In this document: positions 51,201 to 63,800 of the stretch, one piece after another | Layout of the letters: each line of letters opens with the position of its first letter | Position numbering within the stretch: the stretch's first letter is position 1 | Origin: Eledone cirrhosa | Taxonomy: Eukaryota | Direction: 5' to 3' | Assembly (NCBI GenBank): GCA_964016885.1 | Contig: OZ024755.1 | Coordinates: 43,152,001-43,216,000, forward strand | Length of the DNA stretch: 64,000 nucleotides | Position numbers and translations under genes: made by a program | The notes under the pieces: model-generated | What the model saw: only the letters and a program-made list of their open reading frames with translations | What the model was told of the DNA's origin: nothing | Database searches by the model: none

Positions 51201-52100
51201 CTTAGCTTAGCTTAGCTTAGGATAGCTTAGCTTAGCTTAGGATAGCTTAGCTTAGCTTAGCTTAGGATAGCTTAGCTTAGCTTAGCTTAGGATAGCTTAG
51301 CTTAGCTTAGGATAGCTTAGCTTAGCTTAGCTTAGGATAGCTTAGCTTAGCTTAGCTTAGGATAGCTTAGCTTAGGATAGCTTAGCTTAGGATAGCTTAG
51401 CTTAGGTTAGCTTAGCTTAGCTTAGCTTAGGATAGCTTAGGATAGCTTAGCTTAGGATAGCTTAGCTTAGCTTAGCTTAGCTTAGCTTAGGATAGCTTAG
51501 CTTAGGATAGCTTAGGATTGCTTAGCTTAGCTTAGCTTAGGATAGCTTAGCTTAGCTTAGCTTAGGATAGCTTAGCTTAGCTTAGGATAGCTTAGCTTAG
51601 CTTAGCTTAGGATAGCTTAGCTTAGCTTAGCTTAGGATAGCTTAGGATAGCTTAGGATAGCTTAGCTTAGCTTAGCTTAGGATAGCTTAGCTTAGCTTAG
51701 GATAGCTTAGCTTAGCTTAGCTTAGGATAGCTTAGCTTAGCTTAGGATAGCTTAGCTTAGCTTAGCTTAGGATAGCTTAGCTTAGCTTAGCTTAGGATAG
51801 CTTAGCTTAGCTTAGCTTAGGATAGCTTAGCTTAGCTTAGCTTAGGTAAGCTTAGCTTAGCTTAGCTTAGGATAGCTTAGCTTAGCTTAGCTTAGCTTAG
51901 CTTAGGATAGCCTAGCTTAGCTTAGCTTAGGAGAGCTTAGCTTAGCTTAGCTTAGGATAGCTTAGGATAGCTTAGCTTAGGATAGCTTAGGATAGCTTAC
52001 CTTAGGAGAGCTTAGCTTAGGATAGCTTAGCTTAGGATAGCTTAGGATAGCTTAGCTTAGGATAGCATAGCTTAGGATAGCTTAGCTTAGGATAGCTTAG
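48300..52100 (+). repeat. Diverged tandem pair with a ~2.2 kb unit
   Basis: GTTAG-GATAG 48332/50491, GAAAG 48412/50611, GATTG 49162/51516, GTAG/GTAAG 49692/51846, CTTAC-CTTAG-GAGAG 49846/51996. Offsets range 2,150-2,354. Confidence 0.7.
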
Positions 52101-52999
52101 GATAGCTTAGCTTAGGATAGCTTAGGATAGCTTAGCTTAGGATAGCTTAGCTTAGGATAGCTTAGGATAGCTTAGCTTAGGATAGCTTAGGATAGCTTAG
52201 CTTAGGATAGCTTAGCTTAGGATAGCTTAGGATAGCTTAGCTTAGCTTAGCTTAGGATAGCTTAGCTTAGCTTAGCTTAGGATAGCTTAGCTTAGCTTAG
52301 CTTAGGATAGCTTAGCTTAGCTTAGGATAGCTTAGCTTAGCTTAGCTTAGGATAGGATAGCTTAGCTTAGCTTAGGATAGCTTAGCTTAGCTTAGCTTAG
52401 GATAGCTTAGCTTAGCTTAGCTTAGGATAGCTTAGCTTAGGATAGCTTAGCTTAGGATAGCTTAGCTTAGGTTAGCTTAGCTTAGCTTAGCTTAGGATAG
52501 CTTAGGATAGCTTAGCTTAGGATAGCTTAGCTTAGCTTAGCTTAGGATAGCTTAGCTTAGCTTAGCTTAGGATAGCTTAGCTTAGCTTAGCTTAGGATAG
52601 CTTAGCTTAGCTTAGCTTAGGATAGCTTAGCTTAGGATAGCTTAGGATAGCTTAGCTTAGCTTAGGATAGCTTAGCTTAGCTTAGCTTAGGATAGCTTAG
52701 CTTAGCTTAGGATAGCTTAGCTTAGCTTAGCTTAGGATAGCTTAGCTTAGCTTAGGATAGCTTAGCTTAGCTTAGCTTAGGATAGCTTAGGATAGCTTAG
52801 GATAGCTTAGCTTAGCTTAGCTTAGGATAGCTTAGCTTAGCTTAGCTTAGGATAGCTTAGCTTAGCTTAGCTTAGGATAGCTTAGCTTAGCTTAGGATAG
52901 CTTAGCTTAGCTTAGCTTAGGATAGCTTAGCTTAGCTTAGCTTAGGATAGCTTAGCTTAGCTTAGCTTAGGATAGCTTAGCTTAGCTTAGCTTAGGATA

Positions 53000-55950
53000 G
53001 CTTAGCTTAGCTTAGCTTAGGAAAGCTTAGCTTTGCTTAGGATAGCTTAGCTTAGCTTAGCTTAGGAGAGCTTAGCTTAGCTTAGCTTAGGATAGCTTAG
53101 CTTAGCTTAGCTTAGGATAGCTTAGGATAGCTTAGCTTAGGATAGCTTAGGATAGCTTAGCTTAGGATAGCTTAGGATAGCTTAGCTTACGATAGCTTAG
53201 CTTAGGATAGCTTAGCTTAGGATAGCTTAGGATAGCTTAGCTTAGCTTAGCATAGCTTAGGATAGCTTAGCTTAGGATAGCTTAGGATAGCTTAGCTTAG
53301 GATAGATTAGGATAGCTTAGCTTAGGATAGCTTAGGATAGCTTAGCTTAGGATAGCTTAGCTTAGCTTAGCTTAGGATAGCTTAGCTTGGGATAGCTTAG
53401 GATAGCTTAGCTTAGGATAGCTTAGCTTAGGATAGCTTAGGATAGCTTAGCTTAGCTTAGCTTAGGATAGCTTAGCTTAGCTTAGCTTAGGATAGCTTAG
53501 CTTAGCTTAGGATAGCTTAGCTTAGCTTAGCTTAGGATAGCTTAGCTTAGCTTAGGATAGCTTAGCTTAGCTTAGCTTAGGATAGCTTAGCTTAGCTTAG
53601 CTTAGGATAGCTTAGCTTAGCTTAGCTTAGGATAGCTTAGCTTAGCTTAGGATAGCTTAGCTTAGCTTAGCTTAGGATAGCTTAGCTTAGCTTAGGATAG
53701 CTTAGCTTAGCTTAGGATAGCTTAGCTTAGCTTAGCTTAGGATAGCTTAGCTTAGGATAGCTTAGGAAAGCTTAGCTTAGCTTAGCTTAGGATAGCTTAG
53801 CTTAGCTTAGCTTAGGATAGCTTAGCTTAGCTTAGGATAGTTTAGCTTAGCTTAGCTTAGGATAGCTTAGCTTAGCTTAGGATAGCTTAGCTTAGGATAG
53901 CTTAGCTTAGGATAGCTTAGCTTAGGTTAGCTTAGCTTAGCTTAGCTTAGGATAGCTTAGGATAGCTTAGCTTAGGATAGCTTAGCTTAGCTTAGCTTAG
54001 GATAGCTTAGCTTAGCTTAGCTTAGGATAGCTTAGCTTAGCTTAGCTTAGGATAGCTTAGCTTAGCTTAGCTTAGGATAGCTTAGCTTAGGATAGCTTAG
54101 GATAGATTAGCTTAGCTTAGCTTAGGATAGCTTAGCTTAGCTTAGCTTAGGATAGCTTAGCTTAGCTTAGGATAGCTTAGCTTAGCTTAGCTTAGGATAG
54201 CTTAGCTTAGCTTAGCTTAGGATAGCTTAGGATAGCTTAGGATAGCTTAGCTTAGCTTAGCTTAGGATAGCTTAGCTTAGCTTAGCTTAGGATAGCTTAG
54301 CTTAGCTTAGCTTAGGATAGCTTAGCTTAGCTTAGGATAGCTTAGCTTAGCTTAGCTTAGGATAGCTTAGCTTAGCTTAGCTTAGGATAGCTTAGCTTAG
54401 CTTAGCTTAGGATAGATTAGCTTAGCTTAGGATAGCTTAGCTTAGCTTAGCTTAGGAAAGCTTAGCTTAGCTTAGGATAGCTTAGCTTAGCTTAGCTTAG
54501 GAGAGCTTAGCTTAGCTTAGCTTAGGATAGCTTAGCTTAGCTTAGCTTAGGATAGCTTAGGATAGCTTAGCTTAGCTTAGCTTAGGATAGCTTAGCTTAG
54601 CTTAGGATAGCTTAGCTTAGCTTAGCTTAGGATAGCTTAGGATAGCTTAGGATAGCTTAGCTTAGGATAGCTTAGCTTAGCTTAGCTTAGGATAGCTTAG
54701 CTTAGCTTAGCTTAGGATAGCTTAGCTTAGCTTAGCTTAGGATAGATTAGCTTAGCTTAGGATAGCTTAGCTTAGCTTAGCTTAGGAAAGCTTAGCTTAG
54801 CTTAGGATAGCTTAGCTTAGCTTAGCTTAGGAGAGCTTAGCTTAGCTTAGCTTAGGATAGCTTAGCTTAGCTTAGCTTAGGATAGCTTAGGATAGCTTAG
54901 CTTAGGATAGCTTAGGATAGCTTAGCTTAGGATAGCTTAGGATAGCTTAGCTTAGGATAGCTTAGCTTAGGATAGCTTAGCTTAGGATAGCTTAGGATAG
55001 CTTAGCTTAGCTTAGCTTAGGATAGCTTAGGATAGCTTAGCTTAGGATAGCTTAGGATAGCTTAGGATAGCTTAGCTTAGGATAGATTAGGATAGCTTAG
55101 CTTAGGATAGCTTAGGATAGCTTAGCTTAGGATAGCTTAGCTTAGCTTAGCTTAGGATAGCTTAGCTTGGGATAGCTTAGGATAGCTTAGCTTAGGATAG
55201 CTTAGCTTAGGATAGCTTAGGATAGCTTAGCTTAGGATAGCTTAGCTTAGCTTAGCTTAGGATAGCTTAGCTTAGCTTAGGATAGCTTAGCTTAGCTTAG
55301 CTTAGGATAGCTTAGCTTAGCTTAGCTTAGGATAGCTTAGCTTAGCTTAGCTTAGGATAGCTTAGCTTAGCTTAGGATAGCTTAGCTTAGCTTAGCTTAG
55401 GATAGCTTAGCTTAGCTTAGCTTAGAATAGCTTAGCTTAGGATAGCTTAGCTTAGGATAGCTTAGCTTAGGATAGCTTAGGATAGCTTAGGATAGCTTAG
55501 CTTAGGATAGCTTAGCTTAGCTTAGCTTAGGATAGCTTAGCTTAGCTTAGGATAGCTTAGCTTAGCTTAGCTTAGGATAGCTTAGCTTAGGATAGCTTAG
55601 GAAAGCTTAGCTTAGCTTAGCTTAGGATAGCTTAGCTTAGCTTAGCTTAGGATAGCTTAGCTTAGCTTAGGATAGTTTAGCTTAGCTTAGCTTAGGATAG
55701 CTTAGCTCAGCTTAGCTTAGGATAGCTTAGCTTAGCTTAGCTTAGGATAGCTTAGCTTAGCTTAGCTTAGGGGAGCTTAGCTTAGCTTAGCTTAGGATAG
55801 CTTAGCTTAGCTTAGGATAGCTTAGCTTAGCTTAGCTTAGGATAGCTTAGCTTAGGATAGCTTAGGAAAGCTTAGCTTAGCTTAGGATAGCTTAGCTTAG
55901 CTTAGCTTAGGATAGCTTAGCTTAGCTTAGGATAGTTTAGCTTAGCTTAG
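53000..55950 (+). repeat. Tandem pair with a ~1.8 kb unit, containing a 330-bp internal duplication
   Basis: Offset 1,780: ATTAG 53306/55086, CTTGG 53386/55166. Offset 1,835: GAAAG 53766/55601, TTTAG 53841/55676. GAAAG...GAGAG pair at 53021/53066, 54456/54501 and 54786/54831. Confidence 0.7.
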
Positions 55951-58199
55951 CTTAGGATAGCTTAGCTTAGCTTAGCTTAGGATAGCTTAGCTTAGCTTAG
56001 CTTAGGATAGCTTAGCTTAGCTTAGCTTAGGATAGCTTAGCTTAGCTTAGGATAGCTTAGCTTAGCTTAGGATAGCTTAGCTTAGGATAGCTTAGCTTAG
56101 CTTAGCTTAGCTTGGCTTAGGATAGCTTAGCTTAGCTTGGCTTAGGATAGCTTAGCTTAGCTTAGCTTAGCTTAGCTTAGGATAGCTTAGCTTAGCTTGG
56201 CTTAGGATAGCTTAGCTTAGCTTAGCTTAGGATAGCTTAGCTTAGCTTAGCTTAGGATAGCTTAGCTTAGCTTAGCTTAGGATAGCTTAGGATAGCTTAG
56301 CTTAGGATAGCTTAGGATAGCTTAGGTTAGGATAGCTTAGCTTAGGATAGCTTAGCTTAGGATAGCTTAGGATAGCTTAGCTTAGGATAGCTTAGGATAG
56401 CTTAGCTTAGGATAGCTTAGCTTAGGATAGCTTAGGATAGCTTAGCTTAGCTTAGCTTAGGATAGCTTAGCTTAGCTTAGCTTAGGATAGCTTAGGATAG
56501 CTTAGCTTAGGATAGCTTAGCATAGCTTAGCTTAGGATAGCTTAGCTTAGGATAGCTTAGCTTAGGATAGCTTAGGATAGCTTAGCTTAGCTTAGCTGAG
56601 GATAGCTTAGCTTAGCTTAGGATAGCTTAGCTTAGCTTAGCTTAGGATAGCTTAGCTTAGCTTAGCTTAGGATAGCTTAGCTTAGCTTAGCTTAGCTTAG
56701 GATAGCTTAGCTTAGCTTAGCTTAGGATAGCTTAGGATAGCTTAGCTTAGGATAGCTTAGGATAGCTTAGCTTAGGATAGCTTAGGATAGCTTAGCTTAG
56801 CTTAGCTGAGGATAGCTTAGCTTAGCTTAGGATAGCTTAGCTTAGCTTAGCTTAGGATAGCTTAGCTTAGCTTAGCTTAGGATAGCTTAGCTTAGGATAG
56901 CTTAGGATAGCTTAGCTTAGGATAGCTTAGGATAGCTTAGCTTAGGATAGCTTAGGATAGCTTAGCTTAGGATAGCTTAGCTTAGGATAGCTTAGGATAG
57001 CTTAGCTTAGCTTAGCTTAGGATAGCTTAGCTTAGCTTAGCTTAGGATAGCTTAGCTTAGCTTAGGATAGCTTAGCTTAGCTTAGCTTAGGATAGCTTAG
57101 CTTAGCTTAGCTTAGGATAGCTTAGCTTAGCTTAGCTTAGGATAGCTTATCTTAGCTTAGCTTAGGATAGCTTAGCTTAGCTTAGGATAGCTTAGCTTAG
57201 GATAGCTTAGGATAGCTTAGGATAGCTTAGCTTAGGATAGCTTAGCTTAGGATAGCTTAGCTTAGGATAGCTTAGCTTAGGTTAGCTTAGCTTAGCTTAG
57301 CTTAGGATAGCTTAGCTTAGGTTAGCTTAGCTTAGCTTAGCTTAGGATAGCTTAGGATAGCTTAGCTTAGGATAGCTTAGCTTAGCTTAGCTTAGGATAG
57401 CTTAGCTTAGCTTAGCTTAGGATAGCTTAGCTTAGCTTAGGATAGCTTAGCTTAGGATAGCTTAGGATAGCTTAGCTTAGCTTAGGATAGCTTAGCTTAG
57501 CTTAGCTTAGGATAGCTTAGCTTAGCTTAGCTTAGGATAGCTTAGCTTAGCTTAGCTTAGGATAGCTAAGCTTAGCTTAGCTTAGGATAGCTTAGCTTAG
57601 CTTAGGATAGCTTAGCTTAGCTTAGGATAGCTTAGCTTAGCTTAGCTTAGGATAGCTTAGCTTAGCTTAGCTTAGGATAGCTTAGCTTAGGATAGCTTAG
57701 CTTAGCTTAGCTTAGGATAGCTTAGCTTAGCTTAGCTTAGGATAGATTAGCTTAGCTTAGGATAGCTTAGCTTAGCTTAGCTTAGGAAAGCTTAGCTTAG
57801 CTTAGCTTAGGTAGCTTAGCTTAGCTTAGCTTAGGATAGCTTAGCTTAGCTTAGCTTAGGTAGCTTAGCTTAGCTTAGGATAGCTTAGCTTAGCTTAGCT
57901 TAGCTTAGCTTAGGATAGCTTAGGATAGCTTAGCTTAGGATAGCTTAGGATAGCTTACCTTAGGAGAGCTTAGCTTAGGATAGCTTAGCCTAGGATAGCT
58001 TAGGATAGCTTAGCTTAGCTTAGCTTAGGATAGCTTAGCTTAGCTTAGCTTAGGATAGCTTAGCTTAGGTTAGCTTAGCTTAGCTTAGGATAGCTTAGGA
58101 TAGCTTAGCTTAGGATAGCTTAGCTTAGGATAGCTTAGGATAGCTTAGCTTAGGATAGCTTAGGATAGCTTAGCTTAGGATAGCTTAGGATAGCTTAGC

Positions 58200-61100
58200 T
58201 TAGGATAGCTTAGCTTAGGATAGCTTAGGATAGCTTAGCTTAGCTTAGCTTAGGATAGCTTAGCTTAGCTTAGCTTAGGATAGCTTAGCTTAGCTTAGCT
58301 TAGGATAGCTTAGCTTAGCTTAGCTTAGGATAGCTTAGGATAGCTTAGCTTAGGATAGCTTAGGATAGCTTAGCTTAGGATAGCTTAGGATAGCTTAGGA
58401 TAGCTTAGCTTAGCTTAGCTTAGGATAGCTTAGCTTAGCTTAGCTTAGGATAGCTTAGCTTAGCTTAGCTTAGGATAGCTTAGCTTAGCTTAGGATAGCT
58501 TAGCTTAGCTTAGGATAGCTTAGCTTAGCTTAGGATAGCTTAGCTTAGCTTAGCTTAGGATAGCTTAGCTTAGCTTAGGATAGCTTAGCTTAGGATAGCT
58601 TAGCTTAGGTTAGCTTAGCTTAGCTTAGCTTAGGATAGCTTAGGATAGCTTAGCTTAGGATAGCTTAGCTTAGCTTAGCTTAGGATAGCTTAGCTTAGCT
58701 TAGCTTAGGATAGCTTAGCTTAGCTTAGCTTAGGATAGCTTAGCTTAGGATAGCTTAGGATAGCTTAGCTTAGCTTAGCTTAGGATAGCTTAGCTTAGCT
58801 TAGCTTAGGATAGCTTAGCTTAGCTTAGGATAGCTTAGCTTAGCTTAGCTTAGGATAGCTTAGCTTAGCTTAGCTTAGGATAGCTTAGCTTAGCTTAGCT
58901 TAGGATAGCTTAGGATAGCTTAGGATAGCTTAGCTTAGCTTAGCTTAGGATAGCTTAGCTTAGGATAGCTTAGGATAGCTTAGCTTAGCTTAGCTTAGGA
59001 TAGCTTAGCTTAGGATAGCTTAGGATAGCTTAGCTTAGCTTAGCTTAGGATAGCTTAGCTTAGCTTAGCTTAGGATAGCTTAGCTTAGCTTAGCTTAGGA
59101 TAGCTTAGCTTAGCTTAGGATAGCTTAGCTTAGCTTAGCTTAGGATAGCTTAGCTTAGCTTAGCTTAGGATAGCTTAGCTTAGCTTAGCTTAGGATAGCT
59201 TAGCTTAGGATAGCTTAGGATAGCTTAGCTTAGGATAGCTTAGGATAGCTTAGCTTAGGATAGCTTAGCTTAGCTTATCTTAGGATAGCTTAGCTTAGCT
59301 TAGGATAGCTTAGCTTAGCTTAGCTTAGGATAGCTTACCTTAGGATAGCTTAGGATAGCCTAGCTTAGCTTAGCTTAGGATAGCTTAGCTTAGCTTAGCT
59401 TAGGATAGCTTAGCTTAGCTTAGGATAGCTTAGCTTAGCTTAGCTTAGGATAGCTTAGCTTAGCTTAGCTTAGGATAGCTTAGCTTAGGTTAGCTTAGGA
59501 TAGCTTAGGATAGCTTAGGATAGCTTAGCTTAGCTTAGCTTAGGATAGCTTAGCTTAGCTTAGCTTAGGATAGCTTAGCTTAGGATAGCTTAGCTTAGCT
59601 TAGCTTAGGATAGCTTAGCTTAGCTTAGGATAGCTTAGCTTAGCTTAGCTTAGGATAGCTTAGCTTAGGATAGCTTAGCTTAGCTTAGCTTAGGATAGAT
59701 TAGCTTAGCTTAGGATAGCTTAGCTTAGCTTAGCTTAGGAAAGATTAGCTTAGCTTAGGATAGCTTAGCTTAGCTTAGCTTAGGAGAGCTTAGCTTAGCT
59801 TAGGATAGCTTAGCTTAGCTTAGCTTAGGATAGCTTAGCTTAGCTTAGCTTAGGTAGCTTAGCTTAGCTTAGCTTAGGATAGCTTAGCTTAGCTTAGCTT
59901 AGCTTAGGATAGCTTAGCTTAGCTTAGCTTAGGATAGCTTAGCTTAGCTTAGCTTAGGATAGCTTAGGATAGCTTAGCTTAGGATAGCTTAGGATAGCTT
60001 ACCTTAGGAGAGCTTAGCTTAGGATAGCTTAGCTTAGGATAGCTAAGGATAGCTTAGCTTAGGATAGCTTAGCTTAGGATAGCTTAGCTTAGGATAGCTT
60101 AGGATAGCTTAGCTTAGCTTAGCTTAGGATAGCTTAGCTTAGCTTAGCTTAGGATAGCTTAGCTTAGGTTAGCTTAGCTTAGCTTAGCTTAGGATAGCTT
60201 AGCTTAGGTTAGCTTAGCTTAGGATAGCTTAGGATAGCTTAGCTTAGGATAGCTTAGGATAGCTTAGCTTAGGATAGCTTAGCTTAGGATAGCTTAGGAT
60301 AGCTTAGCTTAGGATAGCTTAGAATAGCTTAGCTTAGGATAGCTTAGCTTAGGATAGCTTAGGATAGCTTAGCTTAGCTTAGCTTAGGATAGCTTAGCTT
60401 AGCTTAGCTTAGGATAGCTTAGCTTAGCTTAGCTTAGGATAGCTTAGCTTAGCTTAGCTTAGGATAGCTTAGCTTAGCTTAGGATAGCTTAGCATAGCTT
60501 AGCTTAGGATAGCTTAGCTTAGCTTAGCTTAGGATAGCTTAGCTTAGCTTAGCTTAGGATAGCTTAGCTTAGCTTAGGATAGCTTAGCTTAGCTTAGCTT
60601 AGGATAGCTTAGCTTAGGATAGCTTAGCTTAGCTTAGGATAGCTTAGCTTAGGATAGCTTAGCTTAGGATAGCTTAGCTTAGGTTAGCTTAGCTTAGCTT
60701 AGCTTAGGATAGCTTAGGATAGCTTAGCTTAGGATAGCTTAGCTTAGCTTAGCTTAGGTAGCTTAGCTTAGGATAGCTTAGCTTAGCTTAGCTTAGGATA
60801 GCTTAGCTTAGGATAGCTTAGGATAGCTTAGCTTAGCTTAGCTTAGGATAGCTTAGCTTAGCTTAGCTTAGGATAGCTTAGCTTAGCTTAGGATAGCTTA
60901 GCTTAGCTTAGCTTAGGATAGCTTAGCTTAGCTTAGCTTAGGATAGCTTAGCTTAGCTTAGCTTAGGATAGCTTAGGATAGCTTAGCTTAGCTTAGCTTA
61001 GGATAGCTTAGCTTAGCTTAGCTTAGGATAGCTTAGCTTAGCTTAGCTTAGGATAGCTTAGCTTAGCTTAGCTTAGGATAGCTTAGCTTAGCTTAGCTTA

Positions 61101-63800
61101 GGATAGCTTAGCTTAGCTTAGCTTAGGATAGCTTAGGATAGCTTAGCTTAGGATAGCTTAGGATAGCTTAGCTTAGGATAGCTTAGGATAGCTTAGGATA
61201 GCTTAGCTTAGCTTAGCTTAGGATAGCTTAGCTTAGCTTAGCTTAGGATAGCTTAGCTTAGCTTAGCTTAGGATAGCTTAGCTTAGCTTAGGATAGCTTA
61301 GCTTAGCTTAGGATAGCTTAGCTTAGCTTAGGATAGCTTAGCTTAGCTTAGCTTAGGATAGCTTAGCTTAGCTTAGGATAGCTTAGCTTAGGATAGCTTA
61401 GCTTAGGTTAGCTTAGCTTAGCTTAGCTTAGGATAGCTTAGGATAGCTTAGCTTAGGATAGCTTAGCTTAGCTTAGCTTAGGATAGCTTAGCTTAGCTTA
61501 GCTTAGGATAGCTTAGCTTAGCTTAGCTTAGGATAGCTTAGCTTAGGATAGCTTAGGATAGCTTAGCTTAGCTTAGCTTAGGATAGCTTAGCTTAGCTTA
61601 GCTTAGGATAGCTTAGCTTAGCTTAGGATAGCTTAGCTTAGCTTAGCTTAGGATAGCTTAGCTTAGCTTAGCTTAGGATAGCTTAGCTTAGCTTAGCTTA
61701 GGATAGCTTAGGATAGCTTAGGATAGCTTAGCTTAGCTTAGCTTAGGATAGCTTAGCTTAGGATAGCTTAGGATAGCTTAGCTTAGCTTAGCTTAGGATA
61801 GCTTAGCTTAGGATAGCTTAGGATAGCTTAGCTTAGCTTAGCTTAGGATAGCTTAGCTTAGCTTAGCTTAGGATAGCTTAGCTTAGCTTAGCTTAGGATA
61901 GCTTAGCTTAGCTTAGGATAGCTTAGCTTAGCTTAGCTTAGGATAGCTTAGCTTAGCTTAGCTTAGGATAGCTTAGCTTAGCTTAGCTTAGGATAGCTTA
62001 GCTTAGGATAGCTTAGGATAGCTTAGCTTAGGATAGCTTAGGATAGCTTAGCTTAGGATAGCTTAGCTTAGCTTATCTTAGGATAGCTTAGCTTAGCTTA
62101 GGATAGCTTAGCTTAGCTTAGCTTAGGATAGCTTACCTTAGGATAGCTTAGGATAGCCTAGCTTAGCTTAGCTTAGGATAGCTTAGCTTAGCTTAGCTTA
62201 GGATAGCTTAGCTTAGCTTAGGATAGCTTAGCTTAGCTTAGCTTAGGATAGCTTAGCTTAGCTTAGCTTAGGATAGCTTAGCTTAGGTTAGCTTAGGATA
62301 GCTTAGGATAGCTTAGGATAGCTTAGCTTAGCTTAGCTTAGGATAGCTTAGCTTAGCTTAGCTTAGGATAGCTTAGCTTAGGATAGCTTAGCTTAGCTTA
62401 GCTTAGGATAGCTTAGCTTAGCTTAGGATAGCTTAGCTTAGCTTAGCTTAGGATAGCTTAGCTTAGGATAGCTTAGCTTAGCTTAGCTTAGGATAGATTA
62501 GCTTAGCTTAGGATAGCTTAGCTTAGCTTAGCTTAGGAAAGATTAGCTTAGCTTAGGATAGCTTAGCTTAGCTTAGCTTAGGAGAGCTTAGCTTAGCTTA
62601 GGATAGCTTAGCTTAGCTTAGCTTAGGATAGCTTAGCTTAGCTTAGCTTAGGTAGCTTAGCTTAGCTTAGCTTAGGATAGCTTAGCTTAGCTTAGCTTAG
62701 CTTAGGATAGCTTAGCTTAGCTTAGCTTAGGATAGCTTAGCTTAGCTTAGCTTAGGATAGCTTAGGATAGCTTAGCTTAGGATAGCTTAGGATAGCTTAC
62801 CTTAGGAGAGCTTAGCTTAGGATAGCTTAGCTTAGGATAGCTAAGGATAGCTTAGCTTAGGATAGCTTAGCTTAGGATAGCTTAGCTTAGGATAGCTTAG
62901 GATAGCTTAGCTTAGCTTAGCTTAGGATAGCTTAGCTTAGCTTAGCTTAGGATAGCTTAGCTTAGGTTAGCTTAGCTTAGCTTAGCTTAGGATAGCTTAG
63001 CTTAGGTTAGCTTAGCTTAGGATAGCTTAGGATAGCTTAGCTTAGGATAGCTTAGGATAGCTTAGCTTAGGATAGCTTAGCTTAGGATAGCTTAGGATAG
63101 CTTAGCTTAGGATAGCTTAGAATAGCTTAGCTTAGGATAGCTTAGCTTAGGATAGCTTAGGATAGCTTAGCTTAGCTTAGCTTAGGATAGCTTAGCTTAG
63201 CTTAGCTTAGGATAGCTTAGCTTAGCTTAGCTTAGGATAGCTTAGCTTAGCTTAGCTTAGGATAGCTTAGCTTAGCTTAGGATAGCTTAGCATAGCTTAG
63301 CTTAGGATAGCTTAGCTTAGCTTAGCTTAGGATAGCTTAGCTTAGCTTAGCTTAGGATAGCTTAGCTTAGCTTAGGATAGCTTAGCTTAGCTTAGCTTAG
63401 GATAGCTTAGCTTAGCTTAGGATAGCTTAGCTTAGCTTAGGATAGCTTAGCTTAGGATAGCTTAGCTTAGGATAGCTTAGCTTAGGTTAGCTTAGCTTAG
63501 CTTAGCTTAGGATAGCTTAGGATAGCTTAGCTTAGGATAGCTTAGCTTAGCTTAGCTTAGGTAGCTTAGCTTAGGATAGCTTAGCTTAGCTTAGCTTAGG
63601 ATAGCTTAGCTTAGGATAGCTTAGGATAGCTTAGCTTAGCTTAGCTTAGGATAGCTTAGCTTAGCTTAGCTTAGGATAGCTTAGCTTAGCTTAGGATAGC
63701 TTAGCTTAGCTTAGCTTAGGATAGCTTAGCTTAGCTTAGCTTAGGATAGCTTAGCTTAGCTTAGCTTAGGATAGCTTAGGATAGCTTAGCTTAGCTTAGC
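58200..63800 (+). repeat. Near-perfect tandem duplication with a 2,798 bp unit
   Basis: Offset 2,798: GTTAG 58609/61407, CTTAT 59274/62072, CTTAC 59334/62132, CCTAG 59359/62157, GAAAG-ATTAG 59739/62537, GTAG 59854/62652, CTTAC 59998/62796, CTAAG 60043/62841, AATAG 60323/63121, CATAG 60493/63291. Offset 2,803: GTAG 60758/63561. Confidence 0.94.
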
